Both the position numbers and the translations under genes were made by a program. Under the pieces are notes generated by a model. The model did not search any database. It was given only the letters and a program-made list of their open reading frames with translations, and was not told where the DNA came from. Source: Vitrella brassicaformis CCMP3155 (Eukaryota; Protista; Chromerida). Taken from it: DNA of 64,000 bases. Every line of letters begins with the position of its first letter. The stretch's first letter is position 1. Below, one piece after another: positions 1 through 12,795 of this stretch. The stretch covers positions 263,957 through 327,956 of the forward strand of contig CDMY01000592.1 of NCBI GenBank assembly GCA_001179505.1, written 5' to 3'.

Positions 1-113
1 CCGACAAACCACAGCTGCAACAGCCAACCGTAGACAAGAAAAAGGTCAGGACGGAAGGAGGAGCCCGACACAATGACAATTCCAGTCTCGTTGTATCTCT
101 TTGCAACCCTCCC

Positions 114-1543
114 ATGATGCAGCAGCCCGAGAAGCAGCCCGTGCAGCAGTCGGCCAAGGAGGCCAGTGGTGCGACGGCGGAGAGGGGCAAGATGGATAGG
201 ACCGACACCGACGACCGCATGGACGAGGTGGCCGAGCCGCTCGAGGGCTTCAGCGGCCCATCACTCAAGCTCCGCACAACCGTCATCCACAGCATCCAGC
301 AGTACAGCGAGATCATTTCCAAGACACGCAACCAACTCGACATACAGCTCATCATGTATGTGGCCGAAGGGAAGACATACGTGGGATGCACTGTATCCCT
401 CATCTGTTTTGCCCGCGCCTTGTTTAGGCCAATTCTGCGGACTTTGGAGGTCCAGTTGCGAGCCATCGAGGCGGGCGCTCAGGCACAGGACACCCATACT
501 GGCAAGCTGCACAGAAACACTCGCTAAATCGATGGCTCCATATGTTTTGTTGGGTCAGAATTCCGTCGTAAGGAGCACCACCGCCCTGCTGTTGGCATAG
601 AGGGCGCGGCCATGATCAGTGGGCGGCAGCTCAAAGCCTTGCAAGAGATTTTCCTCTTCTACTCCAGACAACAGGTACACTCACACACATACAGAGGGAG
701 AGAGACAAGGGTATCTATCCGTGGGTATGGCTGACTGCCATGTGCGTACATTGCAGGGTCACAAGGATGCAGTTGGTGCCAACTTCAGGGTGCAGGGCAC
801 CTTTGACGTCATAGCGCGCCAAACGACATCACTCAGCCTCTCGGAGTTCATCAAGCTGCTCAAGGTCAGACAGACACCGCAAGCCAGCCAGCCTTCCATA
901 CATGCACAACAGCATGTGTGTGTGGTGCATGTCAGGACTTCGCTTTGTATGAGACGGTGCTCAACAAAGAGGAGGCCACGGGGGCGTTCCACAGCGCATC
1001 CAAGGGCAACAAATACCTCGACTTCCAACAGTTCAAGGTAGGTGGATGCGTATCCATATCCGCCGTCGGCTCTCGGCCCTCACGCACACATGGCTGTTTT
1101 TGTCTCTTCTCTCGTACACAGGCGTGTCTGTTGAAGTGTGCGAGTGTCGGCTTCACCAGGCCCCCACACAACATCCCACCCAACGGTCGGTGACGAGACA
1201 TCAACCAAACACGCCAACACTACCTGCTCGCCATGTCATGCCTCAATCTCTCCGGTGTTCCTTCATGCAGATGAGGCCAAGGTACGCCTCCGCCTCTTCA
1301 AATGGATGGACGTGAATGACCCTGACTCCTACCGGTCGGTATGCACGTGGCTGGCTGGCTGGCTGCCAAGCTGGCTGCTCGCCTTCATCATCCGTATGTG
1401 TCTCCTTATCCGTCCGTCTGTCTGTGCAATGCAGTGCCAAGATGAGGCCATTCGGTCAGGCGTTCGGCGGCGTGGGCCCCAGCAGATCGCCGAAATACGC
1501 CCCAGCTGCGGGCTTCTCTCCTGGCAAAGCGCCTTTCGTGTAG
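114..1543 (+). CDS. Multi-exon conserved hypothetical protein with an EF-hand/p25-alpha-like helical region (3' end approximate)
   Basis: Exons join into LQEIFLFYSRQQ-GHKDAVGANF...TFDVI...SLSLSEFIKLLK-DFALYETVLNKEEATGAFHSASKGNKYLDFQQFK-ACLLKC. This resembles an alveolate family with a p25-alpha-like segment (recognised from memory, not searched). Confidence 0.55.
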
Positions 1544-2098
1544 GCCAACACCACACACACACATCTCCCTGTGTGTGTGTGTGTGCATGAGACGTATGTA
1601 TGTATGCAGCCATTCGAGTGCGTCAATGCCCGGCCCGCCTTCGTTTTTGTCGCGCGAGGCCAACAAAGCTCACAGCCAGAGCCCCACAGCAGGTAGCTAG
1701 CTCATGACAATGGGACATCCTGCCAACGAACCACGTGGCAAATTAATAGGTTTGTGACCCCTTCCTTTGTGTGTCGTGTGGTTCCTCCCTCCCTCCCTCC
1801 TTTCCGTTCCTCCGTTTCTTCCTTGCTGTTAGGTGGTCGTAAGTTGCTGCGTCCTTTGAGCCACAAGCTCTACGACAACAGCCCGCTCCAACTCGAACAC
1901 GACGACCCCATACGGTCAGTGGATGGCATGTGACGCTGAGCAAACACACACCGCATCCACATGACATGACACTCCCCTATTCCATTCCTCGTTTCATGCA
2001 TTCGTTCATGGATCAGTGGCACTCCGTTGACTGATGGTGGCGCCGGTGCCCCCCGCCGTGTGCTCAAGAAAAAGCAGCAGCAGCGCCCCCGGCAGGAC

Positions 2099-2575
2099 AT
2101 GAGCCTCCCCCCGGCTGCACGAGACCCAGCCGCGTATGCGCAGAACCGCCGGCAGTCAGATGAGTACGGCTATGGCGGCTCGGGCGAGGAGGGGGAGACC
2201 GGCCGACATGGACAGCAGCAGTACCACCACCATAACCATGACGAAATGGCGACCAATGAGGAGATTCAGTCGATGTTCAGCCCCCCGGCATCCACTGTGC
2301 AAGGTGACTCCTGAGACACCCACCACACGGAGCCAGCCAGCCAGCCATCCATGGATGCATCTATGTGTGTCGTTCCCGTATCCATACTGAATCCAGGCGG
2401 CCATCAGCACCCAGGCTACAGCCAGGAGGAACAACGCGTAAGAGACACACGTGACACGATATGATCTGTCTCTGACGGCTGGATTGTGTCTGTCTTTGTC
2501 CCTACGCAGGCTTTGCAGATGATGGATCGTCAGGCGGAAAGAAACGACGCCATTGCTGCCAAGTATAAGGCGTGA
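2099..2575 (+). CDS. Small hypothetical protein (3 exons)
   Basis: MSLPPAARDP...SPPASTVQ|AAISTQATARRNN|ALQMMDRQAERNDAIAAKYKA* with plausible splice junctions. Confidence 0.45.
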
Positions 2576-2639
2576 TCGAGACACGCATGCCTCCGTATTG
2601 TATTGTTGCCCCTATAATTGTATCCACCCACCCACACAC

Positions 2640-3600
2640 TCATACACACATTCCGGCCCGGCTGACTGATGCGACCTGTTGCAAGGGAGGGAGGGACGGA
2701 GAGGGAAAGGGGGCATCTGCATATTTTTGCTGTCCGCAATAGAAGGAAGGCTCATCTACGTCAGTCATCATTTTCTCGCTGTCTTGCTGTTGTTCTGGCA
2801 TGTATGTCATGGATGGCTGGCCCCTTATCCGTCTTGCTATTTCCGGCGTAAGTATGCTAATCAAACACAGCCCATAGATAGCCGTAATACCTACATAAGT
2901 GAGTACGTACGCCCCCGCGGCCCGTGCGACTTCCCGACTGACTTGCCTGGTGATGGACTTGGCGGGCGATGAATCGACACAACAAGGTGCGTGCGCGTGG
3001 CAGTGGGGCACACAAGGAGGGGGGAGGGAGGGCGACCTTCCATGATAGCCGTGGTATCCCCGATAGCCGACTGTCTGCTCGGGCAGAGAGCTTCCGCCCG
3101 AGGTGCCCTCCCCGGCCTCATCTTTGCCCCACAGTCCGGTCTGATAGATGGAGGCAAACTTGCTGCCGAGAGCCGATATGTCTTCGACTGTGCCGTCGTC
3201 CTCCGCAGAGCCACTGTCTCCGCCCTTGGGTGAGTCGCCAGCGGCGCCCCCCGCAGCTGTACCATGCTCATGAAAGCTGCTGTCAGTGCCGTTTCCTTGA
3301 CCATGACAAGTCTGACGGCCTGCACATCACATCAAGGCAAGGAAGACGAAGACAATCGGACCACCACCATTTATCCGTTTCCTCACCTGTCCGAGGGTGT
3401 CCGCCATTTCTGCGTGTTGCTTTCCTTCGCATTCTCTTCCACCCAGAGGGCCTCTCCAGTTTGCGGAGCATTGTCTCGGTGCTGTTTGCAGAGGAGGGGG
3501 CGAGGGAGCGATGTGGCGAGCAGCTCCCCCACACATGAGCGGCCAACAGGAGCCATAGAACTGAGCTCTGGGCTGTAAAGGGGGGCCACGTTAGCACCAT
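2640..3600 (-). CDS. Signal-peptide protein carrying the N-terminal motif of a class I SAM-dependent methyltransferase family; possibly truncated
   Basis: ATG at 3600 gives MVLTWPPFTAQSSVLWLLLAAHVWG (signal-like). After a phase-1 intron, the frame encodes FASIYQTGLWGKDEAGEGTSGGSSLPEQTVGYR (3158-3060), like the F-x-x-I-Y-x3-W-G...S-G-x-G-S...T-x-x-Y-R motif. No DxGCG motif follows. Confidence 0.35.
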
Positions 3601-3944
3601 CTCTGGGCGCAGCAGTTGGACGTGTGCAGCTGCGCAGTCAGTTGCGACAGTCGAGCCACAAGTTGATACAGTGCAGATGGCGGCGTGCTCCCAACGCTCC
3701 GCCCCACCTGGAAGCAAATTTCAGGAAGGTCGCGACCGGCGTGAGACGACCCCCACCGGCTCGTCTCCCCCCCCCCTGGACTCCGTGAGAATGATATGTA
3801 TGAATATGTGCCGCCATTCCAGGCAGGGTCGTATGTACACCTTTGGTCCGCATACACATACACACCAACACATGTCAACTTCATCCACAAACCACTCAAC
3901 AAACATATCTATCTACCCATCCACGGATCTCGTCATCGTCAGCA

Positions 3945-6509
3945 TCAAAATCTGGGGATCAGGTTGGGCAGGGGGCTGGGCGGCGGCCTCCCGAGCACTG
4001 TCGAGTAGGTGTTCCTCAAACCCTTCAGCACCCTCTTGCCAAGCTGCACCTGCACCTCGTCCTCCTCGGTGTCGAGAATCTACACACCACACACACGAGG
4101 GATGGCTGTGGGTCTCGAGTTTGTGTCACTCATTGCTTACGGTTGCCGTCTTGCCCTGGCCGAGTGCCGTGACGGCCAGGTTGGCGGCGGCGAGGCCACT
4201 CACGTAAGCGCGCTCTTGCGACAGACCCTGAGTAGGTGTCCATGTGTGTGTGTGCATCTCTCTGTGTGTGTGTGTACCTGTGCGCCGTGTTTGAGCCTGA
4301 CCCAGTCGCCCGCAAGGAAGAGGTTGTTGATGGAGGTCGTCTGTGTGGGCCTGTTGGCGTAGGTTCCTGGCGCAAACGCTGTCACTGCTTGGGGGAAGCG
4401 AAGGACAGCAGAGTCCACAACTTTCGCGGAAGACACCTCAGGCTTCACAGTGGACAGCATGGAGAAGATCTGGCAAAGCGAGCAACAAAGACACAGCAGG
4501 GGGATTCATTCACTCAATCGCACACACATTCACACACCTTTCCGACGATCTGCTCATCCGAAAGGGGCAGCAGCTCGGCGGCATGGTAGAAGTCACACGC
4601 CACCACGGAGCCCTCGGCATCCCGATACTCGTCCTGCAAATCGTTTAGGTGGAAGAACGTCCCGCCAACCGTCTCGTCAAAGCCTGCATGAAAAGGAGGG
4701 GTCGTGACAATCATACGTACACCGAGGGCTGCTGTGCATCCATGTTGGTCACCTGAGAAGACATTTGACGGATATTCGAAATCGATCTTTTTGTCCAGCC
4801 ACACCCGCGTCGAGATGACGTCGAGCGACTTCAGATTCATCACCTGCACAGACAGACGCGACGAAAACATGGCAACCATTACTTGCACCTTCTCTCTTGT
4901 CTGCGACCTACCTTTCTGAACTCTGGCCGCTTAAGCGACGGCGACTGAGTCACCAGCTGCAGCAAAGCACAGCATAGAACATCAGCTGACAGAGACGCCG
5001 TGTGTGAAAGCACATACACACCTTTTTCATGGCGTTTATCCCCACAGCCATGACGACGGCATCCGTTTCGAACACCCTTTCCTCGCCACTGGCGGCATCC
5101 TTCGCCATCACACGACGAACCGCACCACTGAAGAAAACAAAAAGAGAGGCGAAGCGAGCAAATCCGTTGAGATCGACGGCTTTCTTGCACGTGGCTGACG
5201 TTTGTTCGTCGACGTCGATGCTGGTGACGAACTGGCCGCCCTTGACAGTGCCCCCCGAGCTTTCAATGCGGGACACCAATGGCATGAAGATCCGCTCGCT
5301 GAGTGTGCCGCGGCACCACGCGACGTCAAAGTCATATTGGTGCCCCAACACATAAAAGTATAGCATCCCCAGCGTCACTGATGACCACACGTGGATGCCG
5401 AGAAGGTCGTTCCATGAATCCTGTCCGTGCGCCCCTACCTGCTGCTGACAGCTCTTCAGGCGGCGCAAACAGGCCGACAAGGAGGATGGGTCGCAGGAAC
5501 TCCTCGTATAACCTGCAGGCACACACAAATACGGAGAGGGGTTCGAACACTACATTTCCTAGACGCCACGAACAATTCACCTGTCAGAGACGCCGAATCG
5601 CCGGAAAAGCTCATGGGCGCTGAGCTTGTCGTATTCCCTGTAGGCGTCGTCGTCAATATCATGCTCTAGGACAGCAGTCAGCAGTGGGAGCATCGAGGCT
5701 CGGTCAGCCAAGGGGAGGTTCCGGAACCGATAATCGCCAAATGACGTATAGTACATGAGTCCGAGCGGCGAGGGAAACCGCTGTCTGTTCTGCATCACGG
5801 GGGCGACACATTGCAGGCCAGATGGGGACCAGAGGCCGCTCTGTAAATATTTCAAGGCACATACGCACAAGGCACATCAGAAGACCCGCTCTGCATCCAT
5901 TCGGTTCGGTGTCTGCAGCCCACCTCAGTGCATTCGGTGAGAGGCCAGGGTGTGATCTTGAGGTCGTCATGTATCAGGGAGAAGATATTTGGATACTGGT
6001 ACCTGGCAGACAGTCACATTTCCTTATTTCCTTTTCTTCCTTTCTCTCTCTCTCCCTCTTGGTCCATACCAGAATCCTTTGATGCCCGCTTCCACAGTCC
6101 GCCCCTCCTTGGTCCTCCAGCCACTCGACAGCCCCCCGGGATTTGGACTCGCGTCTAACAAAGTCACATCATATCCTTCTTCTGCCAGATGCTTCGCAGC
6201 ACCGAACCCTGCCCACCCGCCGCCAACCACGACAACTCGCTTCCTCTTATCTGTCGGGCTTTCCATCGGTGGCCTTGGCCCCTCTGTTTCCGGCACTTGC
6301 GTTGATGCGTCATCAGCAGCAGCTGAAAGCCGCCTCAGTGCATGACGGGATGTGCGCTGGAGGGAGGGAAGGGGAGCAATGAAGGCAGCGGGCGCACGCT
6401 GGTCACAGGCGAGAATGGATTGGGTGACCTGAACGACGAGAGAGATGAGAATGGCTGGCAGGGCTGTCCATCTGCATTGCAGTTGGCACGAGATCTGACA
6501 CGTCAGCAT
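3945..6509 (-). CDS. Plastid-targeted FAD-dependent oxidoreductase, phytoene/zeta-carotene desaturase-like (amine oxidase family, cyanobacterial/plant type)
   Basis: Rossmann motif VVVVGGGWAGFGAAKHL...DASPNPGGLSSGW...EAGIKGFWYQYPNIF, and C-terminal NLFLAGDWV...SQERAYVSGLAAAN. The leader is a signal peptide, then AAF, then a transit-like peptide. Confidence 0.85.
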
Positions 6510-6618
6510 CGTCCAATGGCCTTTGCCGAACAGAAGTGCTCAGGGAGGGCCTTCTTCTGCGAGCTAATGTGTAGGGCATTCATGAAACCGCCAATGCGGA
6601 AGGCAACAAAAGCGACAG

Positions 6619-7607
6619 AGATGGCACTAGCAGTCGAGACCCCTATCGTCCCTCCTGATCACTTCTTTGTGAGCGCATATTCGCCCTACAGTCCTCAGCC
6701 AGACTCAGACTCGGCCAAGTTTCTCTCCTTCAGTGCTGGCGACCTCATCAAGGTGACACACACACACATACACAACACCGCACGCAACACAGACGTGCCA
6801 ACAAGGTCAATCCTTCGTCCCTCCTTGTTTTGTGTTGTGTTGTGTTGCGTTGTGTTTGTTGCTTCATTCAGGTGACATGGTGGAACAAGACTGGGTGGTG
6901 GTGGGGCGAGTGCAAGGACCGCAAGGGCTGGTTCCCGTCCAACTACACGCAGCCGGCGCCCGCGGGTGCATCATCGTACTCTCAGGCGGCTGTCGCGGCA
7001 GGTGGTCAACCTGTGCAGCCTCCGGCGGCCAAGACGGAGCAGCGGATAGTCAAGAGCAAGGCTAAGGCCAAGGCGAAAGGTGCGGCGGGTGCAGCGGTGG
7101 GCGGCAAGCGGAAGTTTTGGAACGACGCACCCGCCATCGAGGAGCAACCTGCCGTCCCCGAGCAACAGGTGAGAAATGGTCGCACGGATGCATCTGATGG
7201 CACTCTTGTGTATGAGGGGTGTGTGTGTGTGTGTGTGTGTGTGTGTAGGGTCCTGGCTCCGAGTATGCACAGGCGGCATTCTTCAACATCTACTCGGGGA
7301 GGGCATCGAACGTCAGCCAATGCGCAGACACACACACAGACTTCTCAAACATACTCATCATTCATCTGAGTTGCTCTCCCCGCGCGTGTGTGTGTGTGCA
7401 GAAGCCGGCACTGGGCCAGAGCATGGCGGACAGGGTACGTGAGCCACACACACAAGGGCGGGACTCGGTGATGCATGCATGCATGTGTTTCTGTGTGTCA
7501 TGTGTGAGCAGGCGTGCCGTCAGATGGGTGCGTATTTCGACTATGACAAGTGGAACGAGGAGAGGAACAGACAGGCACGCGCCAAGGAGGCCGCCAAAAG
7601 ACGATGA
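6619..7607 (+). CDS. SH3-domain protein with C-terminal DRAVRQMGAYFDYDKW motif
   Basis: AYSPYSPQPDSDSAKFLSFSAGDLIK|VTWWNKTGWWWGECKDRKGWFPSNY is a canonical SH3 domain split by an intron. The last exon ends with TGA at 7605-7607. Confidence 0.8.
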
Positions 7608-7930
7608 ATGAATGAGATGCATGGCCACCAGGGGCGTATGCATGTATCGACGCACGGCACGGCGGGCCATTTCTTTTCTCCCGCCGTCTGTCTGTGTCTT
7701 TTGGCCATGAGTGACGCTTTGGCCAGCCGATGGATGGATGTGTGGTACCTACCGTAGCGATTCGTGTGTGTACAGAGAGAGGAAAGACAACGAACTCACC
7801 ACATGGATGCATGCGTGATCTGAACCAACCATTCCACCCACCCACCCACCCCGTATATGCGATGCGACTGACCCCTCAGGTGATGGGGAGTACAGACTTC
7901 ATTCGTTCGTCCACTTCTTTCTTTCTTGGT

Positions 7931-8734
7931 CTACTGTTTGACCTGCCTCTTGACAAGCATCTCTGGCAGCAGTATGAGTGACAGCGGCATTCGCGGGATG
8001 TCCATGACCTCAATCAACTGAAGCTTCTTCTTGCCCTTCTTGCCCTTCTTGCCACCCTTACCACCTGACACACAGGCACCACACACACACACTACAGGGC
8101 TGCGCGCACTGTGCTGCCAATCAGGTCTCCCACCTTTGATTTTCTTCTGGGACGCGTCTCTGCCGACCTCCCAAACCTTGCGATCGTCACTTATTGATGC
8201 CTGCTTTAGCCTGAGACATAGAGGGCTGATGGATGGCTGGATGGGCCCTGTCTTTCCCTATACTTGTAATCTTCACTGTCGAAGTCGATGGGTGGCAGCA
8301 GTGGGGCCTCTTCAGGTCCCTCCTCCTCGCCCTCCTCCCTCTCCTCCAACTCATCCTCGTCGCCCTCGCGCTCCTCGTCGTCACCTGCACCAAAGGGCGA
8401 CCAACAACACACACACACAGGCACACCTACGTGTCATGTCATGTGTCTGTCTGTGGTTGTGTGAATGTGTGTGGTCTGCTTGCCCCTTTGGCGCATGGTG
8501 GATATCGACTCGAGCCTCGACTCGGCCAGCGCCCCACCGCCCTGCAGCCATATGCGACGCGCGACATTCACACGGACGACACCGCGAGACAAAACACGAG
8601 ACAGCGACAAAGGCAATGGTGGTGCGTGGCTGCTGTACGTATCCGTGGCTCACGGGTGTGGTGGGTGACTTGTCGAAGTCCGAGAGGGCGTCCTCATCGT
8701 CGGCCCCCGATGTGTCTATCGTCAGGTTTGCCAT
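7931..8734 (-). CDS. Hypothetical protein with acidic tract and GKK repeats
   Basis: Exons MANLTIDTSGADDEDALSDF..., GDDEEREGDEDELEEREEGEEEGPEEAPLLPPIDFDSEDYKY, ASISDDRKVWEVGRDASQKKIK and GGKGGKKGKKGKKKLQLIEVMDIPRMPL. The exact model is uncertain. Confidence 0.5.
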
Positions 8735-9166
8735 CTGTCTGTGGATGCACAGCACGGCTCGGCTCAACCAACACCTTACCTGAATCAACAGAGAGAGAGA
8801 GCAGTGCAAATCAAAGCGGCATAACTAACGGGAAGCCACCTGCCTGACCCACCTCCACGCACAAAGGTCGCCTCAACTCACCGTGGGGGAAAGGGAATCT
8901 GCGGCCAAATTCTGCCGATTTGGGATTCCTGCTTATCTGCCACACCAGGCCCCTCCTCACAATCGTCCGGAATCAGGAGAAATAAGGAATGCAGCTAGGC
9001 TGACCGATCCTCTTAGAGTAGGGTTTCTTGGGTTCAGGGTTTCTTGGATTCTAAGCTCGCATTTCCACGTGTGAACCAAGTGAGTCATCTGCGCCAACAA
9101 GTGGACGAGTACATACAGTACCGTGCAGCAACTGCATTGGCACGTGTTGGGCGTCCGTCTCGCGTC

Positions 9167-11445
9167 ATGAGGCAAGTGCTGTTCTTGGCCTTGTGCGGCG
9201 TGTTATGGAGGCGGAGCAGCGGGCAGGCCAAGGAGTTCATCGACACCATGGAACACGACATACAGCCCGTCACGGGACAAACATTCGACGGCGTGAGCTG
9301 ACAGCACACAGAGAAAGACCGAATCTGGCCACTGCTCCGCCTGCCTGCCTTTGTGCAAAGATGAGGGAGGGTAGCGACGCTTGAGAAGCACTCTTTCATG
9401 TGCTTTCGCTTTGTGTGCGTGTGTGTGTCAGGCGATTCGGAAGTTTCGTGACAGGAAGGTGTCGGCCGTGCTTTTCTACACCAAGAACAACGAGTGCAAG
9501 AAATTCATCGACGGGCCTTACAATGAGCTGGCCAAAGAGCTGAAAGGTCAGCACATGCACCTACCTCACCTGCGCACACACGCAAACATGGCAGGCAGAT
9601 CAGATGGATCATCCTGTCTGTCTGTGTGCTCATCATTGTAGGGATGATCAAGATAGCAGCGGTTGACTGCGACGACTGGCCGGTGCTGTGCAAGGACAGC
9701 AATGTGGACAAGCACCCCACAGTGGTCGTCTACCCGCCAAACCCCATACCAGCATACCCCTACACGGTCAGTCAGTCAGATGGATGCACACACAACACAA
9801 CAAACACCACACACCAAGACAGCGGATGGACACTTTGTGTGCGTGTTGGTGTGTGAACGATATATCGGTCCATCAGGGCTCGTTGACCAAGAAGGATTTG
9901 GCGGGGCACCTGACGCGTCACATCCCCAGTAATGTGGTGGTGATCGAGCCGGCCAAGATGGACGAGTTCCTCACCACCCACATTGCCGTCCCCAAGGTGC
10001 TCCTCTTCTCCAACAAACAGAAGCCGCCAGTGCTCTTCAACGCGCTGTCAAACGAATTCAAGGCAAGCATGAACATGAGCATGCGCCCGATTTGATTGAC
10101 ACACGGACACACTCGGACGTGCCGATCAGGACAAGTTGGACTTCGGGTTCATCAGTCAAGAGCACACGGAGCTGGTCAAGAAGTTCAAAGTGACGACCTT
10201 CCCCAAGCTGCTGGTCAAGCGTGTGGACAAGAAGGACGAGCACTACAAGGGCGACATGAAATTCACGCCCATGTTCGAGTGGCTCAACGTCTTCTCAGAG
10301 ACGTTCGTCAAGGGCGGCGGCTTCGCCGACCATGGGCCGGCCGGAGAGGCGGGCGCCGCGGGCGGAGCTGACGCCAAACCATGGTATGTATGTATGGATG
10401 CGTGAGTGGATGGACCGATGGATGTCGGGAGGGAAGCGTGTGGCTGGTGTGTGGTGGATGGGATGCAGGCTGGTTCAGAGCATCCCCGAGCTCACCAAGG
10501 CGTCGCAACACGATGTCTGCTTCAAGGTGAGGTCACGACAGTCACCGGAGGGATACAAAACAAACACCAACACGAAAACGAGTTGAAGTGCTTGTGGCTG
10601 TGCTGTGCTGTGCTGTGTGTGTCATGTATGTATTACATATGCATGCAGCAAAAGGGTCTGTGTGTGATATATCTGAAGAGGGGCGACACGTTGGCGGCCG
10701 ACGAGGAGAAGATGCTCGAAGACCTCAAGGCCAAATTCGTCTCACACTTGGCTGACAGGTGAGTGAGGTGAATGCCCTGCCCACTATAGATGACTTAGCC
10801 AATCCAATGAGCATCTATCTCCTGTCTGTCTGTCTGTGTGATGTGAAGGGGTGTGACGTTTTATTGGATGTGGATGAACATGGACGTCGAAAAAGAGTTC
10901 CACACGGTGAGCGCTTTTCCCTACCCCCAACACCCCACACCACACCCCACACACACCATCTCCTTCATGGATGGATGGCCTTTCTGGTCTGCCCCTCTCT
11001 CTGTGTGTGCGTGTGCAGTTGTTTGAGGTAGAGAAGTATCCTTCAGTGGTGGTCTTCAACAACAAGAAGGACCGGAAAAGGTTCACCAAAATGGGAGACG
11101 ACAAGGCAAGAAAAAACGACACTCACACACCTCTTTCTTCTCGATCCACGAGACGAGCAACGTCCATAGTGCGTGTCCGTCGTGGTGTGTGTTGCATTGC
11201 GTTGCATTGCAGGATGCGACATCGGATAACATCAAGGATCTGCTCGACAAGATCCTGGGCGGCGATGCACGCTTCAAGAACGTCCCGGACATGCCCAAAT
11301 GGGCCGGTACGCATGGATGCATACGTGTGCTGTGCGAGCGGCCAGCCAGCACCTGGAAAGGGGTGCGTACGATTGGCTATGCATGCATGTGTGTGTGTGT
11401 GTGTGTGCAGACCGAGCGCAGAAGAAGGAGAAGGACGAGCTGTGA
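9167..11445 (+). CDS. ER-resident thioredoxin-fold (PDI-like) protein, non-catalytic, with C-terminal KDEL
   Basis: Signal peptide MRQVLFLALCGVLW. Trx-like units ELAKELKGMIKIAAVDCDDWPVLCK...PTVVVYP and KFKVTTFPKLLV. Ends KKEKDEL* (TGA 11443-11445). No CxxC motif seen. Confidence 0.85.
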
Positions 11446-12313
11446 GCGAATCAGTCCATGCGATGCGCGTGTTGTGTTGTCCTCACCGTACGTACGTGCA
11501 GCCCCTGATCAGTCAGTCGAGTCACCGGACACAGGCCTGCCTGCCTGCCTCTCTATTTATCTATCTATAGCTAGCTGAGGCGATCGATCGAGCGGACCAC
11601 AGCGCAGCACCACCATCGAGTGGGTGAGTTGCAGTGTCAGCTCTTTCTTTCCCTGCCCGCCTGTCTGTCTGTCTGTCTTGTGGTGTGGGTGACGGACTAC
11701 TCCTTCCTTTCTTGCCTCTATCTGCGTGTGACCGCCCCACATGGGACGACAAATGAAGGAGGAAGGTGTCTGCTCAGTCACAGCTTCTTCCCTCTCTCTG
11801 TGTGTGTGGCCTTCCTCCCTCCCCTCTACTAATCTCTCTCTCTCTAGCTCTTTCTGCGTAATTAATCGTGGTCCAGTTTTCCCTCTCTCCCTCCCTCGTG
11901 TGTGTGTGTGTGTGTGAGGTGGGTGCGTGGGCAGAGGCTGCGTGCGTGATGGCACGCTGCTGTGGTGTGGTGTGGTTGGCTAGCTGGTGACTTACCGACC
12001 GTCGAGCAGGTGTCGTGTTGTCAGGTGTGCTGTTGTTTGAGGCGAGTACATCCAGTCTATGATTGATTACTCTGGAGTTCGATCTGTGTAGATAAGAAAG
12101 ATAGTGTGTGCGGCTCAAACAGACAGACAGACAGACAGACGGACAGATGGACAGACGGTCAGATGGACAGACTTGCTGCCTGGCCGATGGCGTAATGCAG
12201 ACAGACATCATGTGGTTATGTGATTACTGCATGATTGATCGCACCCCTTGTGGGCGGTTTGTGTGTGCCTGCACGGCACGGCACCAACTGCATATCTATA
12301 CCCCCCCCCCCCC

Positions 12314-12613
12314 NNNNNNNNNNNNNNNNNNNNNNNNNNNNNNNNNNNNNNNNNNNNNNNNNNNNNNNNNNNNNNNNNNNNNNNNNNNNNNNNNNNNNNN
12401 NNNNNNNNNNNNNNNNNNNNNNNNNNNNNNNNNNNNNNNNNNNNNNNNNNNNNNNNNNNNNNNNNNNNNNNNNNNNNNNNNNNNNNNNNNNNNNNNNNNN
12501 NNNNNNNNNNNNNNNNNNNNNNNNNNNNNNNNNNNNNNNNNNNNNNNNNNNNNNNNNNNNNNNNNNNNNNNNNNNNNNNNNNNNNNNNNNNNNNNNNNNN
12601 NNNNNNNNNNNNN
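12314..12613. other. Assembly gap (300 N)
   Basis: Both flanks carry the same TATCTATA followed by a 13-C run, so the contig ends probably overlap at a homopolymer. Confidence 0.95.
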
Positions 12614-12795
12614 TATCTATACCCCCCCCCCCCCAACACGCACACACACTCGCGCACTGATATCCGCACACACACGTGTTGAAGGTATGAAAGCATCGAG
12701 CAGCAACAGGGGCATGCAGGGCACCGCGAGCAGCAGCAAGGGAACAGCAAACAGCACACACAAACCGAGCAAGGCCGGCCCATCTGTTCTTTCAC

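Noticed and set aside
5541-5550. GTTCGAAC T-loop-like motif suggesting a tRNA
   Set aside because: It is intronic, with no acceptor stem or D-arm. No rRNA, CRISPR array or transposase/RT ORF was found anywhere in the window either.
12293-12634. Direct repeat TATCTATA(C)13 flanking the first gap, resembling a target-site duplication
   Set aside because: Best explained as overlapping contig ends at a homopolymer, which is an assembly artefact.
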